64,000 nt of DNA from Candidatus Saccharimonadia bacterium (lineage in GTDB: Bacteria; Patescibacteriota; SICC01): positions 677,136 to 741,135 of the forward strand of contig JANWJF010000001.1 of assembly GCA_025449535.1 (NCBI GenBank), read 5' to 3'. Below are positions 7,174-16,723 of the stretch, piece after piece; position 1 is the first letter of the stretch; every line of letters starts with the position of its first letter. Made by a program: the position numbers and the translations under genes. Under the pieces are notes generated by a model, which was not told the DNA's origin, made no database searches, and was given only the letters and a program-made list of their open reading frames with translations.

Positions 7174-9639
7174 ATGAAGCGCTACGACCCGCAGTCGATC
7201 GAGCCGAAGTGGCAGGAGATCTGGGAGAAGACCGGGGTGTTCAAGACGCCGGACGAGCCGAAGGACAAGCAGTACGTGCTCGATATGTTCCCGTACCCGT
7301 CGGCGGACGGGCTGCATACCGGCCACCCGCGTGGCTACACCGCCACTGACGTCTTCGCCCACTACCGGCGCTTCACCGGGCACGACGTCCTGCACCCGAT
7401 CGGCTGGGACGCCTTCGGTCTGCCGGCCGAGAACGCGGCGATCAAGAAAGGCGTCCATCCGGCCGAGAACACGGCGCAGAACATCGAGAACTTCCGTCGC
7501 CAGCTCAAGCGGCTCGGGTACTCCTACGACTGGGATCGCGAGGTGAACACCTCCGATCCGGATTACTACAAGTGGACCCAGTGGATCTTCACGGAACTGT
7601 TCAAGGCGGGGCTCGTCTACCGGGCGGCAGGCCAGCAGTGGTGGTGCCCGAAGGACAAGACGGTCCTGGCCAACGAGCAGGTCGTCGACGGCCGCTGCGA
7701 GCGCTGCGGCAGTGAGGTCACCAAGAAGGAGCTGACGCAGTGGTATTTCAAGATCACCGAGTACGCGGACGAGCTGATCGACTCGTTGGACGAACTCGAC
7801 TGGCCGGAGCCGATCAAGGCGATGCAGCGGAACTGGATCGGTCGGAGCGAGGGCCTGTTGTTCTCCGCGCCGGTGAAGGACATGGACCTGGAGATCCAGA
7901 CGTTCTCCGCACACTATGAGGCGTTCCGGGCGGACACGTTCGTGGTGATCGCACCGGACCATCCGCTTCTACCTAGGCTGATCGAAGACACGGAGAACGA
8001 AGCGCAAGTCCGGCAGTTCTGCGACTACCTGATCGAGAAACGGATCAAACGGGGGTTCGAGGAAGAGAAGGAGTCCGAAGGTATCTTCACGGGCCGATAC
8101 GTCGTCGACCCGGTCGGCAACGGCGAACTGCCGATCTGGGTAGCAAGCTACGCATTGGCGGACTACGGAACCGGTATCGTGAAGTGCTCCGCGCATGACG
8201 AACGCGACTTCAAGTTCGCCAAGAAGTACCGGATCCCGCTCAAGGCGGTACTCATGCCGAAGGACGCCAAAGAACGCCGCCAAGTCGAGGCGTTCGAGGA
8301 GTGTTACACGGACTTCGACCAGGGCGTGCTCACTGAACCGGAGGAGTTGGCCGGTAAGCGCGCCCATGACGTCTCCGAGGAAGTGAAGGGCTACGCGGAG
8401 AAGCACGAACTGGCCAAGCGGCAGACGCAGTACAAACTCCGCGACTGGCTGATCTCCCGCCAGCGCTACTGGGGCACGCCGATCCCGATCATCCATTGCG
8501 ACAAGTGCGGCCCGCAGCCGGTGGCGGAAAAAGGCTTGCCGGTGGAGCTGCCGGACGTGAAGGACTACCTGCCGACCGGTGACGGCCGGAGCCCTTTGGC
8601 CAAGGTCACGGACTTCGTGAAGACGACCTGCCCGAAATGCGGGGGTCCGGCCGAGCGGGAGACGGACACCATGGATACCTTCGCCGACTCGAACTGGTAC
8701 TTCCTGCGGTACCCGAATCCGCGCAAGGAGGACGGTGCCTTCGACAAGGAAGCGCTGCGGCAGTGGTTGCCGGTGGACATGTACGTCGGCGGGGCCGAGC
8801 ATGCCGTCCTGCACCTGCTGTACGCGCGGTTCTGGACCAAGGCGCTGGCGGACCGGAAGTACCTCGGGTTCCGCGAGCCGTTCAAGAGTCTTCGCAACCA
8901 GGGGCTGATCATGGCCGAGGACGGCCGCAAGATGAGCAAGTCGCTCGGTAACGTCGTGAATCCGGACGACGTGATCAAGGCGTTCGGCGCGGACACGCTC
9001 CGGTTGTTCGAGCTATTCATCGGGCCGTTCGACCAGCCGGCGGCCTGGGACACCAAGGGCATCGAAGGCAGCTACCGGTTCCTGAAGCGCGTCTGGGCGT
9101 TCGGGCAAGGGTTGCTCGAGGCCCCGGACGGCGTCGACCAGGAGACCGATATCGCCGAGACGGGACTGGAGCGTGCCGTATCCAAGGCCACCAAGCGGAT
9201 CACGTCGTCCATCGAGCAGTTCCGGTTCAATACGGCCGTCAGCGGGCTGATGGAAGCGCTCAACGGCCTCCAGGAACAGGTAGCGAAGACGGGGCCGCAC
9301 GCCGTATACCGGCCGTACTTCGAGCGCTACCTCATCCTGCTGTCGCCATTCGCGCCGCACCTCGCAGAGGAACTCTGGCACGAGCTCGGCCATGAGGAAT
9401 CGATCTTCACGCAGGACTGGCCGACCGTCGATGAGTCGGCGATCAAGGACGAGACGGTCCCGATCCCCGTGCAGGTGAACGGCAAGCTTCGCGCGACGCT
9501 GGAACTGCCGGCGGACGGACTCTCCGAAGCCGTCGTGACCGAGGCAGCGCTGTCCGAAGCCGCGGTCAAGAAGCACTTGGCCGGCAAGCCGAAGAAGGCC
9601 ATCTATATCAACGGCAAGTTGCTGAACCTGGTCGGATGA
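7174..9639 (+). CDS. leuS: leucine--tRNA ligase
   Basis: MFPYPS..LHTGH, GWDAFGLPAENAA, WLISRQRYWGTPIP, KMSKS. Confidence 0.98.
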   Translation: MKRYDPQSIEPKWQEIWEKTGVFKTPDEPKDKQYVLDMFPYPSADGLHTGHPRGYTATDVFAHYRRFTGHDVLHPIGWDAFGLPAENAAIKKGVHPAENTAQNIENFRRQLKRLGYSYDWDREVNTSDPDYYKWTQWIFTELFKAGLVYRAAGQQWWCPKDKTVLANEQVVDGRCERCGSEVTKKELTQWYFKITEYADELIDSLDELDWPEPIKAMQRNWIGRSEGLLFSAPVKDMDLEIQTFSAHYEAFRADTFVVIAPDHPLLPRLIEDTENEAQVRQFCDYLIEKRIKRGFEEEKESEGIFTGRYVVDPVGNGELPIWVASYALADYGTGIVKCSAHDERDFKFAKKYRIPLKAVLMPKDAKERRQVEAFEECYTDFDQGVLTEPEELAGKRAHDVSEEVKGYAEKHELAKRQTQYKLRDWLISRQRYWGTPIPIIHCDKCGPQPVAEKGLPVELPDVKDYLPTGDGRSPLAKVTDFVKTTCPKCGGPAERETDTMDTFADSNWYFLRYPNPRKEDGAFDKEALRQWLPVDMYVGGAEHAVLHLLYARFWTKALADRKYLGFREPFKSLRNQGLIMAEDGRKMSKSLGNVVNPDDVIKAFGADTLRLFELFIGPFDQPAAWDTKGIEGSYRFLKRVWAFGQGLLEAPDGVDQETDIAETGLERAVSKATKRITSSIEQFRFNTAVSGLMEALNGLQEQVAKTGPHAVYRPYFERYLILLSPFAPHLAEELWHELGHEESIFTQDWPTVDESAIKDETVPIPVQVNGKLRATLELPADGLSEAVVTEAALSEAAVKKHLAGKPKKAIYINGKLLNLVG

Positions 9640-10124
9640 ACGCGATCGACATCAGGCCGCTCCTGGGGGCGGACCGGGGCGAGTCCCTTCCGTTCGCGCT
9701 TTCCGCCGACCGTCCGAAGCTGCCCGACGTACCGGCCCTGCGGGACTTGAAAGCTTCCGGCGATGTCTCGAAGGTCGACGCCGGGTTCCTGGTCGCCGGC
9801 ACGCTCACGGGAACGATCCGATTGGAATGCGCCCGGTGTCTCAAGCCGTTCGACCATCCGTTGTCACTGGCGTTCTCGGAGGAATTCGCCCTCGAGCCCG
9901 GCGACGAACAGTTTCCGGCCGGCAAGGAACGCCTCGACCCCAGTGCGATGTTCAGGTTCGTCATCCTGACGCACCTGCCCGAGCGGCCGCTCCATGATCC
10001 GGCGTGCCAAGGACTGTGCGCGACCTGTGGCAAGGACCTCAACGAGGAACCGCACGAGCATCCGCCGGAAGATACCGACGAGGACGGGAACCCGTTTTCG
10101 AAGCTCAAAAAGCTCAAGGACTAG
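9636..10124 (+). CDS. yceD: YceD/DUF177 family protein
   Basis: CARCL and CQGLCATCGKDLN motifs, upstream of rpmF. Confidence 0.9.
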   Translation: MNAIDIRPLLGADRGESLPFALSADRPKLPDVPALRDLKASGDVSKVDAGFLVAGTLTGTIRLECARCLKPFDHPLSLAFSEEFALEPGDEQFPAGKERLDPSAMFRFVILTHLPERPLHDPACQGLCATCGKDLNEEPHEHPPEDTDEDGNPFSKLKKLKD

Positions 10125-10164
10125 GGACTACTACCTCCCGGCGACTACCTGTAAGCTAGTACGT

Positions 10165-10338
10165 ATGGCCGTACCCAAGCAAAAGAAGTCCAAGTCGCGC
10201 ACTCGCCAGGGCAGGGCGCACTTGGCCGTGAAGCCGGCCGCTGCGGTGAAGACCGCGACGGGCCTCCGTCTCAGCCACCGGGTCGACCCGGATACCGGCA
10301 AGTACCGGGGCCGTGAGGTCGTCAAACCCAAGGACTGA
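10165..10338 (+). CDS. rpmF: 50S ribosomal protein L32 (Cys-free)
   Basis: MAVPKQKKSKSRTRQGRAH...HRVDPDTGKYRGREV. Confidence 0.95.
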   Translation: MAVPKQKKSKSRTRQGRAHLAVKPAAAVKTATGLRLSHRVDPDTGKYRGREVVKPKD

Positions 10339-10670
10339 TGGCGACGATAGACGATTTCGGGAAGCTCGACGTCCGCGTCGGGAAGATCGTGGCGGTCGAG
10401 GACTTCCCGGAGGCGCGGAAGCCCGCGTACAAGCTGCGGATCGACTTCGGCGGCGAGGTCGGCGAGAAGCGTTCCTGCGCCCAGTTGGTCAAGAATTACT
10501 CGAAGGACGACCTGCAGGACAAGCTCGTGCTCGGCGTGGTGAACCTGCCACCGCTCACGGTCGGCCCGGCCGTCTCCGAGGTCCTGGTCCTGGGAGTTCC
10601 CGACGTCGCCGGCGAGTGCGTCCTGGTGGAGCCCGGGAAGAACGTCTCCGTAGGGGCGAAATTATACTGA
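10338..10670 (+). CDS. csaA: tRNA-binding protein / CsaA-type chaperone
   Basis: LDVRVGKIVAVEDFPEARKPAYKLRIDFG...VVNLPP...SEVLVLG. Confidence 0.88.
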   Translation: MATIDDFGKLDVRVGKIVAVEDFPEARKPAYKLRIDFGGEVGEKRSCAQLVKNYSKDDLQDKLVLGVVNLPPLTVGPAVSEVLVLGVPDVAGECVLVEPGKNVSVGAKLY

Positions 10671-10690
10671 ACTAACGGTAGGCTGGAACC

Positions 10691-11179
10691 ATGGCTAACC
10701 GACACGTGCTCCGTACCATCCTCATGCAGTCGCTGTATGAGCAGGAGTTCCATCCGAAGTCGCCGCTGAAGGACATCGCCGCGCGGTACCTCGGCCGCGA
10801 GCAGGTCAGCGAAGACGAGCGGGCCTACGTCGAGCACGCCGCCGCCGGCCTGGGCAAGCACCAGCAGGCGATCGACAAGCTGATCGTCAAGCACGCGCCG
10901 GAGTGGCCGCTCGACCAGATCGCGTCGATAGACCGGGCGGTGCTCAGGCTCGGCATCTACGAGGTGCTCTATTCCGAGGAGGTCCCGCCGAAGGTGGCGA
11001 TCAACGAGGCGGTGGAGATCGCCAAGGCGTTCGGCGGTGAGAACTCCGGTTCGTTCGTGAACGGGGTGCTCGGGACCGTCTATCGCAGCAGCGACAAGTA
11101 TGATGAGAAGGATGAAGACACAAAGACAACCGAATCCGCGGAAGCCGAAGCGTCCGCGCCGGCATCCGAGCCGGAGTAA
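10691..11179 (+). CDS. nusB: transcription antitermination factor NusB
   Basis: IDRAVLRLGIYE, PPKVAINEAVEIAKAFG, FVNGVLG. Confidence 0.96.
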   Translation: MANRHVLRTILMQSLYEQEFHPKSPLKDIAARYLGREQVSEDERAYVEHAAAGLGKHQQAIDKLIVKHAPEWPLDQIASIDRAVLRLGIYEVLYSEEVPPKVAINEAVEIAKAFGGENSGSFVNGVLGTVYRSSDKYDEKDEDTKTTESAEAEASAPASEPE

Positions 11180-11633
11180 CGGCAAGAAGCTGGTCAAGGC
11201 GGCCGTGGCTGGCGGCGTGGTGTTCGCCAAGATCGACGGCACGCTGAAGTACCTGATGATCCAGCACGCCTACAACCACCAGTGGTCATTGCCGAAGGGT
11301 CACGTCGACGAGAAGGAACCCACATTGGACGCGGGCATCCGCGAAGTGGAAGAAGAGACGGGGGTGCCGTGCAAAGTGATCGAATTCCTCGGCTTCACTA
11401 ACATCTGGACTTCCCATGAGGGGTATCATTTATTGAGACGGCAACACACCTACCTGATGGAGCCGTCCGGCGACCCGACCATCCACCGCGAGAAGATCGA
11501 TCCCGAGGAAGGCATGATCCGAGACGCCCGCTGGCTCACCTACGAGGAAACCATGCAGAAAGTGAAGTACAAGAATATCCGTCCGTTGATCCGGCAGGCC
11601 CATGCCCGGATAAAGGAGCTCGGCCGTGACTGA
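11100..11633 (+). CDS. NUDIX hydrolase (Ap4A hydrolase-like; start uncertain)
   Basis: AGGVVF, WSLPKGHVDE..TLDAGIREVEEETG. Confidence 0.85.
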   Translation: MMRRMKTQRQPNPRKPKRPRRHPSRSNGKKLVKAAVAGGVVFAKIDGTLKYLMIQHAYNHQWSLPKGHVDEKEPTLDAGIREVEEETGVPCKVIEFLGFTNIWTSHEGYHLLRRQHTYLMEPSGDPTIHREKIDPEEGMIRDARWLTYEETMQKVKYKNIRPLIRQAHARIKELGRD

Positions 11634-12339
11634 GCCGACCGACCTCAAGGTGCTCCAGAAGTCGCTGGGGCTGCGGTTCAAGGATGACGACCTGCTGCGC
11701 TCAGCGCTGGTCCACCGGAGCTACCTCAACGAGAACCGGGACTTCTCGCTGCCGCACAATGAGCGACTGGAGTTCCTGGGTGACGCCGTGCTCGAGCTCG
11801 TGGTAACGGATCATCTCTACAACACCTACAACCAGCCCGAGGGCGAGCTCACCAGCCTGCGTTCCGCACTGGTGCGCACCGAGCACCTGGCGAAGGTCGC
11901 CGGCGGTCTCGGACTCGGTCAGGCCCTGCTGATGTCCAAAGGGGAGGAGAAGAGCGGGGGACGTGAGCGTCCGGCGCTCCTGGCGAATACCTGCGAAGCG
12001 GTGATCGGCGCGATCTACCTCGACCAGGGGTATGCCACGGTGAACCGGTTCATCCACCAGCGGATCATCAGCGCGCTGGAAGGAATCATCGCCGAGGAAG
12101 CCCACCGCGACCCGAAGAGCCTGCTCCAGGAGGCGGCCCAGGAGCGGTTCAACCGGACGCCGCGCTACAAAGTACTGAAGGCGACCGGGCCCGACCATGC
12201 CAAGCACTTTACGGTGGCGGTCCAGGTCGGGGACAATGTGGTCGGCGAGGGCGAGGGCAATTCCAAGCAGACGGCCGAACGGGCCGCGGCCCAGGCGGCC
12301 CTCGACGGATCGTTCAAGCAACCGGACAAGAAGGGGTAA
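11626..12339 (+). CDS. rnc: ribonuclease III
   Basis: HNERLEFLGDAVL, dsRBD DPKSLLQE...GPDH...SKQTAERAAA. Confidence 0.97.
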   Translation: MTEPTDLKVLQKSLGLRFKDDDLLRSALVHRSYLNENRDFSLPHNERLEFLGDAVLELVVTDHLYNTYNQPEGELTSLRSALVRTEHLAKVAGGLGLGQALLMSKGEEKSGGRERPALLANTCEAVIGAIYLDQGYATVNRFIHQRIISALEGIIAEEAHRDPKSLLQEAAQERFNRTPRYKVLKATGPDHAKHFTVAVQVGDNVVGEGEGNSKQTAERAAAQAALDGSFKQPDKKG

Positions 12340-12355
12340 CCGGCTTTTCGTACCC

Positions 12356-14830
12356 ATGTTCCTGCAATCCTTAGAACTCACCGGTTTCAAATCGTTCGCC
12401 AAGCGGACCAAATTGGAATTCCAGCCCGGCATCACCGGCATCGTTGGCCCGAACGGCTCCGGCAAGTCGAACATCGCCGACGCGATCCGCTGGGTGCTCG
12501 GCGCGCAGTCGAAGAAGGCCGTGCGCGGCAAGGTCTCGACGGACGTGATCTTCTCTGGGACGTCCAAGCGCCCCGCGATGAGCCTGTCCGAGGTCTCGCT
12601 GACGTTCGACAATTCGCGCAAGCTGCTGCCGTACGACTACGACGAGGTCGTCGTCACGCGGCGCCTGTACCGAAGCGGCGACTCGGAGTACCTCGTCAAC
12701 GGCGGCAAGGTACGGCTGACGGACCTGCTGCACGCGTTCGCGGTGGCCGGAGTCGGTGCCGAGAACTACACGGTGATCTCCCAGGGGCTGGTGGACAAGG
12801 TCCTCAGCCAGACGCCGGAGCAGCGGCGCGGACTGTTCGAGGAAGCGGCCGGCGTCCGACAGTTCTACCTGAAGCGCGACGAAGCCAAGCGGAAGCTGGC
12901 GGAGACCGACCGCAACCTCGGCCGGGTGCATGACATCCTCAAGGAGCTCGGCCCGCGGCTGAAGTCGCTGGCCCGGCAGGCGGACGCGTTGGCCAAACGG
13001 GCGGAGGTCGAGCAGCGGTTGAAGGACGCGTTGCTCGGGTTCTACGGCCGCCGGTATCGGGATCTCTCCAAGGACGCGAAGGAGCGTCGCGCCAAGCGCG
13101 AGGAACTCGAGGGTGAGCTGGCCAAGCTCGGCACCGAGCTCGACGCGCTTGGCAAGGAAGTCGACGCGCTGCGATCGCGCCAGCAGGGCCTGACCCTGAA
13201 CAAGCTGTTCGCGGAGCGGAACGGCATCGCGCAAGAACGGGACGAACTGCGCGAACGGACGAACAAAGCGATCACCGCACGGGAGGTCGCCAAGGCGACG
13301 ATCGAGCGACTGCGGTCCGAGCGGAAGAACTTCGAGGCCCGGTTGGAACTGCTGCCGGAAGCCGGCGGCGGCAAGACGGTGGACACCAAGGATATCGATC
13401 GGAAGATAGCGGACGTCGAGAAGCGCATCGAGAGCCTGGAACGCCCCGTGGAAGGCGGATTGCCGTTGCTGCTGGATGAGATCGACGGGCTGGTGCACCA
13501 GTTGGAGGAAGCGGTACGCCGGGGCGATGCGACGGACGCGATCGAGCTGAAGATCGACGGCCTCCGAAACTTGCTCGGCCGGGCAAGGCGGATCGTGGAC
13601 GGCGAGCCCGACGACGCGATCGCGGAGCGCACAAAGCTGCAGGAAGAGCTGGCTTCGCTAAAGGTCCAGCGGGCGTCACGCGCCGAGGCTACCAAGCTGC
13701 GGAACGAACAGGCGAAACAGACCGGGAAGGAACGGGAGACGCTCGTCGCGCGGCTGGCGGAGATAAAGACGGAACTCGCCACGGCGGAACGCACTGTCGA
13801 GGAGTCGGCGACCGCGCTCGGCGGATCCGAGGAGCAGCTCAAGGAGCTCGAGTCCAAGATCGTGGCACTGGACAAGCAGGTCGCGACGGAACAACAGCGG
13901 AGCTTCGGCGAGTCCGACGAACTCAAGGGCAAGGAAGAGGCGCTCCGCGCCAAGCATCGGACGCAGGACGAGTATCGGCGCGAATTGGAAGCGCAGAACC
14001 TGGAGCTGGCCAAGCTGGAGACCAAGCTCGACGACCTCGTCCATGAGGCCAAGGGCAAGTTGGCGACGCTCAAGGGAGATACCGCGTTCCCGATGGCCGA
14101 CGATGTCCAGTTGCCGGCCGAGGAGGTAGACGAGGAGAAGATCGCCAAGCTGGAGCGCAGGCTCATGGAGATGGGCGGGATCGACCCGGCCGTCACCGCG
14201 GAGCACCAGGAGGTCGAGGAGCGACATCAGTTCCTGACGACCCAAGGCGAGGACCTGTCCAAGGCGAAGAAGGACCTCGAGCAGGTGATTCGCGAGCTCG
14301 AGCAGAAGAGCCGGATGCTCTTCACCGACGCGTTCGAGAAGATCGGGGCCGTCTTCAGCGAATACTTCGACAAGCTGTTCGGCGGGGGCAGGGCCTCGTT
14401 GGAACTGGTCGAGCCGAAGCTGGAGGATGTCGAGGAGTCCGAGGGGCCGCGCAAGCTGGACGCCGGCATCGAGATCAAGGCCGTGCCGCCCGGCAAGCGA
14501 CTGAAGTCGCTGGCCCAGTTGTCCGGCGGCGAGCGGGCGCTGACCTCCGTGGCACTGCTGTTCGCGATCCTCAAGGTGAACCCGTCGCCGTTCGTGATGC
14601 TCGACGAGGTCGACGCCGCGCTCGACGAAGCGAATACCGGCCGGTTCGCCAGCGTGCTCTCCGAGATGGGCGAGCTGACGCAATTCCTGGTCGTCACGCA
14701 TAACAGAGACACGATGAAGGCCGCGGCGATGCTCTACGGCGTCAGCATGGACTCCACGGGCGTCTCGACGATGCTGTCGCTGAAGCTGCCGGAAGCGGAG
14801 AAGGTCTCAAGTCCTAAAGTCCGTGCGTAG
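12356..14830 (+). CDS. smc: SMC-family ATPase, short form
   Basis: GFKSFA, GPNGSGKSN, LSGGE, PFVMLDEVDAALD; long coiled coil; 824 aa. Confidence 0.92.
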   Translation: MFLQSLELTGFKSFAKRTKLEFQPGITGIVGPNGSGKSNIADAIRWVLGAQSKKAVRGKVSTDVIFSGTSKRPAMSLSEVSLTFDNSRKLLPYDYDEVVVTRRLYRSGDSEYLVNGGKVRLTDLLHAFAVAGVGAENYTVISQGLVDKVLSQTPEQRRGLFEEAAGVRQFYLKRDEAKRKLAETDRNLGRVHDILKELGPRLKSLARQADALAKRAEVEQRLKDALLGFYGRRYRDLSKDAKERRAKREELEGELAKLGTELDALGKEVDALRSRQQGLTLNKLFAERNGIAQERDELRERTNKAITAREVAKATIERLRSERKNFEARLELLPEAGGGKTVDTKDIDRKIADVEKRIESLERPVEGGLPLLLDEIDGLVHQLEEAVRRGDATDAIELKIDGLRNLLGRARRIVDGEPDDAIAERTKLQEELASLKVQRASRAEATKLRNEQAKQTGKERETLVARLAEIKTELATAERTVEESATALGGSEEQLKELESKIVALDKQVATEQQRSFGESDELKGKEEALRAKHRTQDEYRRELEAQNLELAKLETKLDDLVHEAKGKLATLKGDTAFPMADDVQLPAEEVDEEKIAKLERRLMEMGGIDPAVTAEHQEVEERHQFLTTQGEDLSKAKKDLEQVIRELEQKSRMLFTDAFEKIGAVFSEYFDKLFGGGRASLELVEPKLEDVEESEGPRKLDAGIEIKAVPPGKRLKSLAQLSGGERALTSVALLFAILKVNPSPFVMLDEVDAALDEANTGRFASVLSEMGELTQFLVVTHNRDTMKAAAMLYGVSMDSTGVSTMLSLKLPEAEKVSSPKVRA

Positions 14831-14851
14831 ATCGTATTCAGATAAAACCTA

Positions 14852-15574
14852 ATGGACCTGCTTCTTGTATTTATTGGGGGCTTCTTGGCGGCCTTATTTG
14901 GATCTATGGCTGGGGGCGGTGCTGCTTTCTTTGGTCTTTATGCGCTGCTTTTCTTAGGACTACCGCTTAATGCTGCAATTGCCACGAACAGTTTTGGAAG
15001 TCTCGGGTTTTTCATGACTTCAATTAGGAACTTCTTTAATCAAGGGCTTGTTAACAAGAGCATCATTATTACGCTATTGGCTCTTCAAGGAATAGGTGTC
15101 GCAATCGGAACATTTCTACTTATCCAATTAAGCGGCCTGGCGATTAAAGTCATCGTTACACTAATTATCGCTACGGCATTTTTGTTATTAGCATTTCAAC
15201 GAGGCCAGAACCATTCAGGTAAGGCTAATCCATTATGGAAACCCGTGTACTTTTTTTATGCGCTGTATTCAGGTTTAATCGGGACCGGATCAGGAGCAAT
15301 CAGAACATTTTGCCTCATTAGACTAAGGAAACTTCCTGCCTTACAAGCCGTCGCGAACGGTTTTGTGGCTACATTTCCCTTTGCTTTTTTATCAACTGGC
15401 GCGTTGTTATATGCAGGACTAGTAGACATTAGGCTAGGAGTCATGCTTCTGGCGGGTAATTTGTTAGGAGCCCATATTGGATCCAAAATTGCTATCAGAA
15501 AAGGTAATGATTTTGTGCGCCAGATGGTTTTGGTTTTTATGGTCATAACATTGATAGTGGTATGGACGTTGTAG
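14852..15574 (+). CDS. TauE/SafE-family (sulfite exporter-like) membrane protein, low GC
   Basis: GFLAALFGSMAGGG, YSGLIGTGSG, GAHIGSKIA; ~8 hydrophobic segments. Confidence 0.8.
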   Translation: MDLLLVFIGGFLAALFGSMAGGGAAFFGLYALLFLGLPLNAAIATNSFGSLGFFMTSIRNFFNQGLVNKSIIITLLALQGIGVAIGTFLLIQLSGLAIKVIVTLIIATAFLLLAFQRGQNHSGKANPLWKPVYFFYALYSGLIGTGSGAIRTFCLIRLRKLPALQAVANGFVATFPFAFLSTGALLYAGLVDIRLGVMLLAGNLLGAHIGSKIAIRKGNDFVRQMVLVFMVITLIVVWTL

Positions 15575-15634
15575 AAAGTTGCCGCCTAGGCCGTTCTCGC
15601 GTAACCTAGACTCCGTACACAGGAGACACAGAAC

Positions 15635-16141
15635 TTGTTGGTTATCAGATTATCCCGAACCGGACGAACGAAGCGCCCCCATTACCGCGTCGTCGTCGCG
15701 GAGAAAAGCGCGGCCGTCAAAGGTCGCTACTTGGAGGTGCTCGGCCACTTCGATCCGCGGACCAAGGAACTGAAGGTCGACGAGGAACGGACCAAGGTCC
15801 GGCTCAAGGACGGTGCCCAGCCGAGCGAGACCGCGGAAATGCTGCTCGAGAAGGCCGGCGTCCTGAAGCGGGACAAGCTCAAGGACGAACACCGTCGCCC
15901 GACGCGCAAGAAGAAGAAGGACATCAAGGCGGAAGCCGAGGGCGGGGACGCGCCGGCCAAGCCCGCGGATGATGTCGCCGCTTCCGATGACGCGGCCGGT
16001 GATTCCAAGGACGACAAGCCGGTTGCAAAGGACGAAGCCAAGAAGGATGAAAAACCCGCCGCGCAGCCGGAAGAGAAGGCCGGGGCGGACAAACCCGAAG
16101 CCAAGAAGGAAGATAAGGATAACGAAAAAGGAGGCTCCTGA
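15635..16141 (+). CDS. rpsP: 30S ribosomal protein S16 with long charged tail
   Basis: MLVIRLSRTGRTKRPHYRVVVAE...GAQPSET. Confidence 0.96.
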   Translation: MLVIRLSRTGRTKRPHYRVVVAEKSAAVKGRYLEVLGHFDPRTKELKVDEERTKVRLKDGAQPSETAEMLLEKAGVLKRDKLKDEHRRPTRKKKKDIKAEAEGGDAPAKPADDVAASDDAAGDSKDDKPVAKDEAKKDEKPAAQPEEKAGADKPEAKKEDKDNEKGGS

Positions 16142-16659
16142 TGAGCGAAGACCAGGACAGGCAGTTCGTGGAGTTCGTGTTGAAGACCATCGTCGACCGA
16201 CCGGACGATGTAAAGGTGGAACGCACCGTAGATGAGATGGGCGTACTGCTGACCGTCACCGTACACCCGGAGGACATGGGCAAGGTGATCGGCAAGTCGG
16301 GCCAGACGGCCAAGGCGATCCGTTCGCTGCTCAAGGTCGTCGGAGCCAAGAACGACGCCCGGGTGAACATGAAGATCGTCGAACCGGACGGCGGCAAGGG
16401 TCCGAACGGCGGCGCTGCCGCAGTCGCGGGAACGACCGCGGCTGCGGATGACATCCCGGTCCAGGACCGCAGCGAGGAAGAGGCCGCCGCGGAGCAGCAG
16501 CAGACCACGGCCGACCAGCCGGACAACGAGGTGGCGATGGATTCCGACATCGACGACGCTACCGGTCAGCCTGCGGACGCTGCGGACGATGACGCACCCG
16601 AACATCGGGAAGCGGTCGACCAGGGCCTCAACGAGAAATCCCCGCTGGACGAGCTGTAA
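16141..16659 (+). CDS. khpA: KH-domain RNA-binding protein with acidic tail
   Basis: EDMGKVIGKSGQTAKAIRSLL; follows rpsP. Confidence 0.92.
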   Translation: MSEDQDRQFVEFVLKTIVDRPDDVKVERTVDEMGVLLTVTVHPEDMGKVIGKSGQTAKAIRSLLKVVGAKNDARVNMKIVEPDGGKGPNGGAAAVAGTTAAADDIPVQDRSEEEAAAEQQQTTADQPDNEVAMDSDIDDATGQPADAADDDAPEHREAVDQGLNEKSPLDEL

Positions 16660-16688
16660 GCGACTCCTACGACCGGGAGAAAATGCCC

Positions 16689-16717
16689 TTGACGAGGGCA
16701 TTTTCTGTTGTTACAGT
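16689..16717 (+). promoter_or_regulatory. sigma70 promoter overlapping the rpsP-khpA terminator hairpin
   Basis: TTGACG-17 nt-TACAGT with TG extension; the -35 is the loop of AGAAAATGCCCT/AGGGCATTTTCT. Confidence 0.75.
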
Positions 16718-16723
16718 CTTCTG

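Noticed and set aside
15900-16659. Long charged tails on S16, KhpA, NusB, L19 and NusA as a novelty
   Set aside because: Low-complexity C-terminal extensions on these proteins are common in CPR and Actinomycetota; no further signal seen.
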